The notes under the pieces: model-generated
The model's input: only the letters and a program-made list of their open reading frames with translations
The model's database searches: none
What the model was told of the DNA's origin: nothing
Assembly (NCBI GenBank): GCA_046581755.1
Contig: JAYGFR010000145.1
Coordinates: forward strand, 1-33,448
Length of the DNA stretch: 33,448 nucleotides
Origin: Nitrospinota bacterium
GTDB taxonomy: Bacteria; UBA8248
Direction: 5' to 3'
Position numbers and translations under genes: made by a program
Shown: positions 19,141 to 27,955 of the stretch, one piece after another
Layout of the letters: each line of letters starts with the position of its first letter
Numbering within the stretch: position 1 is the first letter of the stretch

Positions 19141-19872
19141 TCAACCGATCGCGGTGAAATCGATCCCGCGGGCGGCCTCCCGGAGCCGCGCCGCCGTCCG
19201 GCTTTCCGGCGCCGCCCCCCGCTCCAAATCGGCATCAATCCCGGGTAAATACGGAAACACCCCCAACAGCCGCGCGTCGCAAAGCTCGCCAATAGCGGCG
19301 GGATTCCGGCGGGCGGCGGGAGAGTCCTCCCCGGTTCGATCGTTCAAGACGATTCCGGCGACCGAAAGCCCCTCGGCCTGCGCTGCCCGGACCGTCAGCT
19401 GCGTATCGTTCAGAGAGCCCAGGCCCAGCGGGGCGACGATCAGAAGCGCCAGCCCGCCCCGCGCCGCGATGTCGTGCATCCGCGTCCCGGGCCCGAGGGG
19501 AACGAGAAGCCCGCCTGCCCCCTCCACAAGAAGCGGTCCGGGTCGGCTGCGAAGGGCCGCGATCATCTCCGCGATGCGCTCGATGTCCGGCGGCCCGCCC
19601 TCTTCTTCCGCGGCATGGGCCGGGGCCATCGGATTTCCGTAGCGGTAGGGGCATATTTCATCCAATGGCCGCCCATCGCCGGCTGCCGCCTTCAGCGCCC
19701 AGGCGTCCCGGGGATGAAGCCCTCCCTCCCTCGCCGCGCACCCGGATTCGGCCGGTTTGAGCACCCGGGGGCCCCGGCCCGCCGCGGCCCACAGGGATGC
19801 CAAGGCGCATCCGACGACGGTTTTCCCGACGCCGGTTCCGGTTCCGGTTAAAAAAATGGCAGGATCATTCAT
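19141..19872 (-). CDS. bioD: Dethiobiotin synthetase
   Basis: Motifs IFLTGTGTGVGKT (P-loop), KPAESG, PMAP, VEGAGGLLVP and LGSLN. Start ATG 19872 (or 19884); the longer track ORF overlaps tusA. Confidence 0.92.
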   Translation of the reverse strand: MNDPAIFLTGTGTGVGKTVVGCALASLWAAAGRGPRVLKPAESGCAAREGGLHPRDAWALKAAAGDGRPLDEICPYRYGNPMAPAHAAEEEGGPPDIERIAEMIAALRSRPGPLLVEGAGGLLVPLGPGTRMHDIAARGGLALLIVAPLGLGSLNDTQLTVRAAQAEGLSVAGIVLNDRTGEDSPAARRNPAAIGELCDARLLGVFPYLPGIDADLERGAAPESRTAARLREAARGIDFTAIG

Positions 19873-19906
19873 GCGCCGCGCCATGTTCTCGATGGAAGGA
19901 GTGAAA

Positions 19907-20134
19907 ATGGCACCCGATAAAATCCTGAACCTTCTGGGCGAGATTTGCCCCATGACCTGGGTGCGGACAAAGCTCGCCATCGAGGATATGAAGCCCGGGG
20001 AAATCCTCGAAGTATGGCTCGACGAGGGCGAGCCGTCCGAAAGCGTCCCCAAAAGCGCCGGCGCCGAAGGCATTGGCCATCTTTCATCCACCCCGGGACC
20101 GGAGGGCGGCGTGGCTGTCCGTCTTCAAAAGTAA
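19907..20134 (+). CDS. TusA/SirA-family sulfur carrier (75 aa)
   Basis: MAPDKILNLLGEICPMTWVRTKLAIEDMKPGEILEVWLD with a CP motif; RBS AAGGAG at 19896-19901. Confidence 0.85.
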   Translation: MAPDKILNLLGEICPMTWVRTKLAIEDMKPGEILEVWLDEGEPSESVPKSAGAEGIGHLSSTPGPEGGVAVRLQK

Positions 20135-20160
20135 CGGAAGGGAGCCTTTCGGGCCTTCGA

Positions 20161-21339
20161 TTATCCCCCGCCATCCGCCACGTCCCCGGCGGATGGACCG
20201 TTCGCCGACAGGGTGAACCAGACCCCCGACGCCAGCGCCAACACGGCCCCCGCGTGCATCAAACGGATAAATCCCAAGCTGGAAAATAACCATCCGGCCA
20301 GCAGGACGCCCACCGTCGATCCGATTCCAAACGTCACCGCCGTATAGAGCGCCTGCCCGGTGTTCTTGATGGCGGCGCCGCTCCATTTATCCACAAACTG
20401 GATCGCGCCGGCATGGTACACCCCGAAGGTGATTCCATGGAGCGTCTGAATTGCGATCAAGGCCGCCCATTGGGTGGTCCAGGCCGTCAACTCCCACCGG
20501 AGGGCGGCGGCGAATATTCCCACCGCGATCATGCCCTTCAGCCCGATGCGCTTTTGTATCTCACCGGCATACCAGAGAAAAAAGATTTCGCTTACGACGC
20601 CAACCGTCCACGCCAGGCCGATCAGCGGGGCCGACATGCCGAGTTCGCGAAGATAAATGCTGAAATAGAGGCCAAAAGGGCCTGCGCTCACCGCCATGAG
20701 CATCGCGGAGCCGTAAAAATGGAGGAGGGGCCGGGTCCGGAGCAGTTTTACCAGGTCTTCCTTGAATTGCGGCCGGGAGCTTTTCCAGTTGCTCGGGAAT
20801 TGGGCCACCACCGGCAACAACACCGCCGCGCTGATAAAAAGGACCGGGAACATGAGATCGATCGAATACTTCTCGATGATTTTTCCCACGCCCAGGGCCG
20901 CCACGATGAACCCCAGGGATCCCCACCACCTCACCCGGCCGTACTGGCCGCCGCTTTCTTCGATCTGGCGAAGCGCGACGTTCTCCGCGATAGGGCCAAT
21001 CGCCCCCCTGGCCGCCGAATAAACTGCGATCAGGACGAAAAATGCCCAGAATCCCCGGCTCCACCAAAGGCCCAGGGCCACCAAGGCGCTCAGGACCACG
21101 CAGATAAGCATGATTTCCCGGCTCCGGCGCAGCCGGTCGGCCAAAATCCCGGCGAACGGGGGCGCCAGGGAGGTTGATATCCTGGCTGCCGCGTTCAGCC
21201 AGCCCAATTGCGCCGCTGTAATTCCGGCCGAGTGGTAGAAGATGTTCAGAAATGGAAGGGTAACGCCCACTCCAAAAAAGTGAATAAAATAAAAGGCGGG
21301 CATCCGCCAGCCGGATTCTGCCAAGAAGGATCTCTTCAT
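20161..21339 (-). CDS. MFS transporter (HcaT/MFS_1-like)
   Basis: About 12 TM segments; motifs GVTLPFL, GILADRL, YGRVRWWGSLGF, GVVSEI and QTLHGITFG. Start ATG 21339 or 21303. Confidence 0.88.
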   Translation of the reverse strand: MKRSFLAESGWRMPAFYFIHFFGVGVTLPFLNIFYHSAGITAAQLGWLNAAARISTSLAPPFAGILADRLRRSREIMLICVVLSALVALGLWWSRGFWAFFVLIAVYSAARGAIGPIAENVALRQIEESGGQYGRVRWWGSLGFIVAALGVGKIIEKYSIDLMFPVLFISAAVLLPVVAQFPSNWKSSRPQFKEDLVKLLRTRPLLHFYGSAMLMAVSAGPFGLYFSIYLRELGMSAPLIGLAWTVGVVSEIFFLWYAGEIQKRIGLKGMIAVGIFAAALRWELTAWTTQWAALIAIQTLHGITFGVYHAGAIQFVDKWSGAAIKNTGQALYTAVTFGIGSTVGVLLAGWLFSSLGFIRLMHAGAVLALASGVWFTLSANGPSAGDVADGGG

Positions 21340-21675
21340 TCCCGCCCGCCTGCCTTCAAATGACCCATCGGGAGGCCGCTCAACCCTGTCCCCATCGTTC
21401 GACGGACCATGGCCCCTTGGATCGGGACAGGCGATCGTCATGCAAGGAAAACCGCTGGACACCGAAAGGGGGATTATACTACCGGGAATGGAAAATATCC
21501 GCCCGCCGAAAAGCCCAATATTTCATCCATTCTCCCCGATTTTCGGGTGACAAATGTTTCTTGGGGCCGAGGATTTTGCTAGTATTTCATTTCGATGTGG
21601 AGTATCCGAACAATCTACAAGCAAGCCGGAACCTGGGGTCCCGGAAAATTTTCAAAATCAGGGGGGATCGGAGCG

Positions 21676-22704
21676 GTGGACGCGAATGAGATAGAGACCA
21701 ACGCAAAAGGAATGGTGGCCCCGGGAAGGGGAATCCTGGCGGCCGACGAAAGCGGCAGAACCATCAAAAAACGCTTTGATTCGATCAAGGTGGAATCCAC
21801 AGAAGAAAGCCGGCGCTCCTACAGGGAAATGCTTTTCACGACTGATGGGATCGAGGAATTCATCAGCGGCGTGATTCTCTTCGACGAGACCCTTCGCCAA
21901 AAATCCCGGGACGGAACGCCGTTCCCGGCCCTTCTGTCCAGCCGCGGCGTCATTCCGGGCATCAAGGTGGACAAGGGCGCAAAACCTCTCGCCGGGGCGC
22001 CCGGCGAAACGGTGACCGAGGGTCTCGACGGCCTGCGGGATCGGCTCAAGGAATACTACGATCTCGGCGCCCGCTTCACGAAATGGCGCGCCGTGATCAA
22101 CATCGGCGACGGGCTTCCCACCCAGAACGCCATCGACACTGACGCCCATGCGTTGGCCCGCTTCGCCGCCCTCTCGCAGGAGGCCAACCTGGTCCCCATC
22201 GTCGAACCGGAAGTCCTCATGGACGGCGGCCATACCATCGAGCGATGCCACGAAGCATCTGAATCCACCTTCAAGAGCGTTTTCTTGGAACTCGAAAAAC
22301 AAGGCGTCCTGCTCCCGGGAATGATCCTCAAGCCGAACATGATCCTCTCCGGGAAGGATTGTCCGGACCAGGCCAGCGTCCAGGAAGTGGCCGAGCAGAC
22401 CGTCCGCTGCCTGGGCAGGTGCGTTCCGGCCGCGGTGGCCGGCATCGTTTTCCTCTCGGGCGGCCAGAGCGACGAGGCGGCGACCGCACACCTGAACGCA
22501 ATGAACGCCCTGGGCGATCATCCCTGGGAGCTCAGTTTCTCCTACGGGCGAGCCCTGCAGGCGCCCGCGCTCAAAGCGTGGGGCGGCGATTCCGCCAACA
22601 TGGCGCAGGCCAAGAAGGTCTTCTATCACCGCTGCAAATGCAACGGAGCGGCGCGCTCGGGCTCCTACAGCGAAGCCATGGAAAAAGAGTTCGCCGCCGC
22701 TTAG
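21676..22704 (+). CDS. Fructose-bisphosphate aldolase class I
   Basis: Motifs GRGILAADES, GIKVDKG, EGLDGL, KWRAV, VPIVEPEVL, LKPNM (Schiff-base Lys), FLSGGQS and SFSYGRALQ. GTG start after a G-rich RBS. Confidence 0.95.
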   Translation: MDANEIETNAKGMVAPGRGILAADESGRTIKKRFDSIKVESTEESRRSYREMLFTTDGIEEFISGVILFDETLRQKSRDGTPFPALLSSRGVIPGIKVDKGAKPLAGAPGETVTEGLDGLRDRLKEYYDLGARFTKWRAVINIGDGLPTQNAIDTDAHALARFAALSQEANLVPIVEPEVLMDGGHTIERCHEASESTFKSVFLELEKQGVLLPGMILKPNMILSGKDCPDQASVQEVAEQTVRCLGRCVPAAVAGIVFLSGGQSDEAATAHLNAMNALGDHPWELSFSYGRALQAPALKAWGGDSANMAQAKKVFYHRCKCNGAARSGSYSEAMEKEFAAA

Positions 22705-22783
22705 AGAAAACCGGAACTGGAAAAATGCACCCGGCGGAAGGCGAAATCGCCATCGCCCCTCTTTCCCCGTGAAGGCAATTACC

Positions 22784-23824
22784 ATGAACGCACAGGCAGC
22801 AACGGCCGAGGAAGAGATCCAAAAAGGGATCACGCTCGAGCGGCATCTACACGACGAGGAGCGAAAATACCCCAAGGCGCGGGGGTTCTTCACCATCCTG
22901 ATCAGCCAGATTTCCCTTGCGGCGAAGATAATCAATGCCGAGGTCAATAAGGCCGGCCTGGTGGATATTCTCGGCATGACCGGCCATACGAATGTCCAGG
23001 GCGAGGAAGTCCAGAAGCTGGACACCTATGCCGACGATGTGCTCCGCCGCGCGCTGGATCACCACGGATCGGTCGCCGCCCTCGCCAGCGAGGAGATGGC
23101 CGATCCCTACATCGTTCCGGAGGAATTTCTCGACGGCGCCGAATACGTCGTGGTGTACGACCCGCTGGACGGCTCATCGAACATCGATGTGAACGTGAGC
23201 ATCGGCTCCATCTTCTCGATCTTGAAAAGAAAGACAACGGGCGTCGAAGCCCAGATCGAGGATTTTCTTCAGCCCGGCACGGAGCAGATTTGCGCCGGCT
23301 ACGTGATATACGGCTCCTCGACGATGCTCGTTTACACGGCCGGAAACGGGGTCAACGGATTCACGCTCGATCCCTCAGTGGGAGAATTTTTTCTCTCCCA
23401 CCCCAACATTCAAATTCCCCCGAGAGGAAAAATCTACAGCATCAACGAGGGGAACTCGTTTAAATGGGACGAGGGCGTATCGCGCTACATCGCTCATCTC
23501 AAATCCGAGGACCCGGAGTCCGGCCGCCCCTATTCGGGCCGCTATATCGGCTCCCTCACGGCCGATTTTCACCGGAACCTCCTCAAGGGCGGGATATTCC
23601 TGTATCCGGGCGATAAACAGAGCCCGAACGGGAAGCTCCGCCTTTTGTACGAATGCAACCCGATGTCTTTCATCGTCGAGGAAGCCGGCGGCGCCTCCAG
23701 CGACGGGAAGCGGCGCATCATGGATGTCGTGCCGGACAAGCTCCATCAGCGCACCCCGTTTTTTATCGGCAGCAAGGAGGACGTGGCCGATGTGGAGCAA
23801 TTTCTGGAAGGAGAGGAGACCTAA
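22784..23824 (+). CDS. fbp: Fructose-1,6-bisphosphatase class I
   Basis: Motifs NVQGEEVQKLD, ASEE, DPLDGSSNIDVNVSIGSIFSI, RYIGSLTADFHRNL and GKLRLLYECNP. Alternative start GTG 22769. Confidence 0.96.
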   Translation: MNAQAATAEEEIQKGITLERHLHDEERKYPKARGFFTILISQISLAAKIINAEVNKAGLVDILGMTGHTNVQGEEVQKLDTYADDVLRRALDHHGSVAALASEEMADPYIVPEEFLDGAEYVVVYDPLDGSSNIDVNVSIGSIFSILKRKTTGVEAQIEDFLQPGTEQICAGYVIYGSSTMLVYTAGNGVNGFTLDPSVGEFFLSHPNIQIPPRGKIYSINEGNSFKWDEGVSRYIAHLKSEDPESGRPYSGRYIGSLTADFHRNLLKGGIFLYPGDKQSPNGKLRLLYECNPMSFIVEEAGGASSDGKRRIMDVVPDKLHQRTPFFIGSKEDVADVEQFLEGEET

Positions 23825-24729
23825 TGAGCAAGCCATACAGGCTTTGGGCGGCAGCACTTGCGGGAGTTTTCATTCTCGGCGGGTGCGTTTCGCAAGAGTT
23901 GCACGACAAGAAAGTCATCGAGGCCACCGACCTCCGGAACGATCTTGAAACCGCTGAGAACCGAATCAGGTCCCTCAAAGCCGACATCGAAGATCTTCAA
24001 AAGCAAATTGCCAAAAAGCGCATGGACAACGAGGAGATCACGGAATCCCTTTCCATGGCACGGCGATATGGCCAAAAGATCGAAATCGACCTGGCCGATT
24101 TCCGAGCCCGGGTTTCCTCCCAGATCCAGGAAAACAAGATCTCCCGGGGAAGAACCGCGGAACTGAGCAAATCGCTCGATACCAGCCGGAATAAAGTTCG
24201 CGAACTCGAGGAGTCCATCATCAAGCTGCGAAGTATCCTGGCCCGTTTTCAGGACAGGCTTCGGCTCCAAGTTCAGCTGGAAAAAGATCTGATCGCTCAA
24301 CTGGAGCGGGAAACCGAGGCCGGCACGATCAACGTCAGGCGGCAGGGAGACCGGGTGATTATCGGCCTCAAAAGCTCCATCCTATTTTCATCGGGAAGCG
24401 CCGCCATCCGCACCAGCGGGAAAAAACATCTGAAGAAAATTTCTCGCATTCTCGCCCGCTACATCAACCGGGAAATCCAGGTTCAGGGCCACACCGACAA
24501 CATTCCAATCAGCGACCGGCTCGCCGACCGCTGGGAATCCAACTGGGAGCTTTCCGCGGCCCGGGCAACGCGGGTTCTCCGCTATCTGGTCGAAGTGGGA
24601 AATACCGACCCGAGGAGGATATCCGCGGCCGCAATGGGCGAATTCCGTCCCATTGCGGACAACTCCTCGAAAACGGGAAGGAAAAAGAACCGGCGTATCG
24701 ACATCGTCCTTTTTCCCCCTTCATTGTAA
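23824..24729 (+). CDS. Lipoprotein with a coiled coil and a MotB/OmpA-like peptidoglycan-binding domain
   Basis: Lipobox ILGG-C, about 140 aa of coiled coil, then LFSSGSA, QGHTDNIPI, NWELSAARA and NRRIDI. The ATG overlaps the fbp stop (TAATG). Confidence 0.88.
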   Translation: MSKPYRLWAAALAGVFILGGCVSQELHDKKVIEATDLRNDLETAENRIRSLKADIEDLQKQIAKKRMDNEEITESLSMARRYGQKIEIDLADFRARVSSQIQENKISRGRTAELSKSLDTSRNKVRELEESIIKLRSILARFQDRLRLQVQLEKDLIAQLERETEAGTINVRRQGDRVIIGLKSSILFSSGSAAIRTSGKKHLKKISRILARYINREIQVQGHTDNIPISDRLADRWESNWELSAARATRVLRYLVEVGNTDPRRISAAAMGEFRPIADNSSKTGRKKNRRIDIVLFPPSL

Positions 24730-24843
24730 TTTTTATTCACGCCGTCGTTCGGAAAAGACGCCCCCGGCCCCGGGCCGCACCGAGGGCTGGCTGATGCCCG
24801 GATCGCGCGCGCATTCCGGGGACTCCGGCAAGAGAAAAATCCT

Positions 24844-25506
24844 GTGATTATCGAGCGAATTCCTGTCGGCCCTTTTCAAATGAACAGTTACATCACCGGG
24901 TGCAGCGAAACCGGGGACGGAATCTACATCGATCCGGGCGCCGAGGTGGGCCGCGTCATCGAGACGGCGGAGCGCCTCGGGATCCGGCTCACCAAAATCG
25001 TCGGCACCCATGCCCATCTGGATCACGCCGAGGGAGTGGCCGAGGCTAAGGAAAAGCTCGGGCTCCCGTATTGGCTGCACGAGGCCGAACTCTACAATCT
25101 CCAGAACATGCCCGCCGCCGCCCAAGGATACGGATTCGCCGTACCCGAGGTTCCCGAAGTCGATGGATATCTTGTGCCGGGCGAATCCCTCGCGGTGGGA
25201 AATCTGGTCTTCGAGATCTGCCTGACGGACGGCCACGCCCCGGGCAACATCACGCTCTACCGTCCGGGGAGCGATGGCGAAGCGGGCCATGCCATTGTGG
25301 GAGACGCGCTGTTCGCCGGCTCGATCGGACGGACGGATCTCTATATGGGCAACGCGAAAACGCTTCTGGAATCTATCCGCACCCAGCTATTGACCCTTCC
25401 TCCCGACACCCTGGTATTTCCCGGACACGGGCCCGAGACCAGCATCGGCCATGAAATGGCGGCCAACCCATATTGCCAGCCGGGAGCGGAAAACCTGATC
25501 GGATGA
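24844..25506 (+). CDS. MBL-fold metallo-hydrolase (glyoxalase II/YcbL-like)
   Basis: Motifs THAHLDH, GHAPG, GDALFAGSIGRTD and PGHG. Confidence 0.92.
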   Translation: MIIERIPVGPFQMNSYITGCSETGDGIYIDPGAEVGRVIETAERLGIRLTKIVGTHAHLDHAEGVAEAKEKLGLPYWLHEAELYNLQNMPAAAQGYGFAVPEVPEVDGYLVPGESLAVGNLVFEICLTDGHAPGNITLYRPGSDGEAGHAIVGDALFAGSIGRTDLYMGNAKTLLESIRTQLLTLPPDTLVFPGHGPETSIGHEMAANPYCQPGAENLIG

Positions 25507-26063
25507 GCGATTCCCTCTCTCCCCCCATGGCACACCCCCACCTGGGCGGAAATATCCGGTTTTGCATCTCGTGCGGCGCCGAACTCACCTACCGCGCATG
25601 GATAGGGGGCGACGGGACCATGCAGCTATGCTGCACGAGCCCATCCTGCAACCATGTCCATTTTCTCGATCCCAAGGTGGCGGCCGGCGTGATCCCGGCC
25701 CTGGACGGGAGGGCCATCATCGTTCAAAGGGCCCACAATCCCGGAAAAGGGCTTTGGACGTTTCCGGGCGGGTTTGTAAACCGGGGCGAGGTGGTCAGCG
25801 AAGCGGCTGTCCGGGAAGCCATGGAAGAAGCCGGGGTGGAGGTAAAATCCGGCCCCCTGATGGGCGTCTACTCTTTTCCCGGGAATCCGACGATCCTCAT
25901 CGTGTACGCAGGAGAGGTTGTCGGCGGGGAACCTCGCCCCTTGGCCGAAAGCACCGATTTGCGCCTCGTCGGCCCCGATGAGATTCCCTACGAGGAATTA
26001 GCGTTCGACACCACACGGGCCGCCTTCCGGGACTGGCAAGCCTGGATGAGCGCCGGGAAATAA
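25503..26063 (+). CDS. Nudix hydrolase with an N-terminal zinc ribbon
   Basis: FCISCG..CTSPSC, DPKVAAG, and Nudix box GGFVNRGEVVSEAAVREAMEEAGV; ATGA overlap with the upstream gene. Confidence 0.9.
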   Translation: MSDSLSPPMAHPHLGGNIRFCISCGAELTYRAWIGGDGTMQLCCTSPSCNHVHFLDPKVAAGVIPALDGRAIIVQRAHNPGKGLWTFPGGFVNRGEVVSEAAVREAMEEAGVEVKSGPLMGVYSFPGNPTILIVYAGEVVGGEPRPLAESTDLRLVGPDEIPYEELAFDTTRAAFRDWQAWMSAGK

Positions 26064-26322
26064 ATATCACCACGGCAGATCCGGTTCACTGTCGACCTCA
26101 TATTTCCCGGCCTCTCGAAGTCCGTCCACCCATTTCACTCACCCTTCCTTGAGCCCAAAAACTGCCGGAGAGTGGTCATGAATTCCACTTGGCCCCGCTC
26201 CCGGTCCGGCAAAGCGAATTTCCATATGTAGCCCTACCTCTCGAAATCACCCCCATATATTGATAATTCCTTTAATCGAAAATAATTGACGTAACATAAG
26301 CGATAATAAATACTTACAAAAA

Positions 26323-26452
26323 TTACATCATATGTAACATGAGCATACGTCCCACGTTAAATTTTTTTCACACGTATAAATGATTACATATCAATATGAT
26401 ACGGCTGTTTATTGAAAATATACTTGAGTTAATCTGTCTTTCTTTGTAATAT
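26323..26452 (+). promoter_or_regulatory. AT-rich control region: operator-like palindrome and candidate sigma70 promoter
   Basis: TTACAT-cat-ATGTAA (26323-26337); TTGAGT (26424-26429), 17-nt spacer, TAATAT (26447-26452). Confidence 0.45.
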
Positions 26453-26482
26453 CATTGGCGTTCCCAAGGACGCCCCGAGGCC

Positions 26483-27955
26483 GTGTGGTTCATGACGAAC
26501 CTTGAAAGGGACTTATTCTCCCTCATTTCACTGGTCAGCAATGTAACGGAGGCCTATTCGGCCTGTTTGTTCCTGGAGAACAAGCGCCGGAAGGTTTTTC
26601 AGCTGACCACCTACCACAGCCTGAGTCCCCATATCATCTCCGATGCTTCGATAAAGAGCGCTCAGGGGTTCATGGGATGGGTTCTGGAGAACAACGCTCC
26701 CCTCAGCGTCAACCAGTTCGATAAAGACACGATCGTCCTCGGCTACTACAGCCGCGATGAAGACCTGAAATCCTTCATGGCCGCGCCGCTCCCCTCCACC
26801 ATGACGAAGGGGGCGCTGGCGGTGGACAGCAAAAAAACATGGTCATTCACCAACAAAAGCCAGAAAATTCTAGCAGGGTTCGCCCAGCAATTCGCATTCC
26901 TTATAGATGGTGCATTGATAGCCGCGCAGGTTGAACGCCGGAGTATCAATGTGAATGCGTTCAACGGTTATCTTTCATCGCTGCGTTCTTGCGAGAGTGA
27001 AGATCAACTGCTGAACGCCATCTGTTTGGTTCCCCGCGAATTGCTCCCCTTTAACGCCTGCTTCCTCGTTTTAAAAGACGAGGAAGCAGGCGTATCGCGC
27101 CTCATTCGGACCTCCGGGTTCGGTGAATTATTTTTGGAAGATATTTCCATCAGCGACCGCTCCAGCGTATCGGGATACGTCCTGAACAAAGGCGAGTCCC
27201 TCAGGCTTCCCGATCTGAAGAGGCGCCCCCTGTTCTGCGAGAACGAATCCGATTTCGGCGCTCGCTCGGTGGCCGCCGTGCCCCTGATCGCGGGCGGGGA
27301 GACCATTGGCGTCCTCGGCTTTACGAACCGCCAAAGAGGCCAGTTCGATCCCTACGCGCTGAAGCGCGCCGAGGCAATCGCCTCTCCGGTGGCCGATGCC
27401 CTCATCCGGATACGGGCGGAGAAAAAATGGCAGCGCCGCAAAGAGTACGATTCCGTCACCGGAGGCCGAAATCTCGCCTATCTCCGATTTCGGCTGGGCG
27501 AAATTCTCAAGGACGCCGACGTTCGCGGCCGCCATGTGGCTCTTTTGGATATCGATCCGGACGATTCGGAAACGATCTATCGCGAATTCGGGGCCTCGGG
27601 CATTCAGGATTTGGCAAATCATATGCACAGCCTCCTGAATCCCTTCACCAGCGGCGGGGACATTCTTGCGCGCCACGAAGGGGCCCGGTTTTTTCTCCTC
27701 CTCCTCGGCTCCTCCATCGAACATTCCGAAGCCGTGGCCAACCATATTCTCCAAACGATCAACGAAAACCCCATCGACTTCGGGAGCAAAACGATTTCTC
27801 TCACGGCATGTGTGGGAGCCACCTGCTTTCCGGACGATGCGCACACCGCGAACGATCTGTTCATGGCCTCATCGAAGGCCCTGGAATTTGCCAGATCGTT
27901 GGGAATCAAAAAGGTCTGTTTGAAGGGGGGGATTTCATCCGATGTTATCGCTTAA
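26483..27955 (+). CDS. GAF-GAF-degenerate GGDEF protein
   Basis: GAF1: GFMGWVLENNAPL..LKSFMAAPL..GALAVDS. GAF2: SVSGYVLNKGESL..RSVAAVPLIAGGETIGVL. GGDEF fold: DSVTGGRN, LDID, DILARHEGARF, LTACVGATCFP. Alternative start ATG 26492. Confidence 0.85.
   Translation: MWFMTNLERDLFSLISLVSNVTEAYSACLFLENKRRKVFQLTTYHSLSPHIISDASIKSAQGFMGWVLENNAPLSVNQFDKDTIVLGYYSRDEDLKSFMAAPLPSTMTKGALAVDSKKTWSFTNKSQKILAGFAQQFAFLIDGALIAAQVERRSINVNAFNGYLSSLRSCESEDQLLNAICLVPRELLPFNACFLVLKDEEAGVSRLIRTSGFGELFLEDISISDRSSVSGYVLNKGESLRLPDLKRRPLFCENESDFGARSVAAVPLIAGGETIGVLGFTNRQRGQFDPYALKRAEAIASPVADALIRIRAEKKWQRRKEYDSVTGGRNLAYLRFRLGEILKDADVRGRHVALLDIDPDDSETIYREFGASGIQDLANHMHSLLNPFTSGGDILARHEGARFFLLLLGSSIEHSEAVANHILQTINENPIDFGSKTISLTACVGATCFPDDAHTANDLFMASSKALEFARSLGIKKVCLKGGISSDVIA

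Noticed and set aside
19873..20091. N-terminal extension of BioD in the 316-aa track ORF
   Set aside because: It is the antisense of the tusA-like gene; BioD similarity starts at MNDPAIFLTGT.
21676..23824. Calvin-cycle (cbb) cluster
   Set aside because: No RuBisCO, phosphoribulokinase or transketolase in the window; ordinary gluconeogenesis explains the pair.
26070..26226. Short minus-strand frame MEIRFAG..KEG*VKWVDGL..DLPW with an internal TGA (remnant or recoded ORF)
   Set aside because: About 52 codons, no recognisable family, and no evident SECIS-like support.
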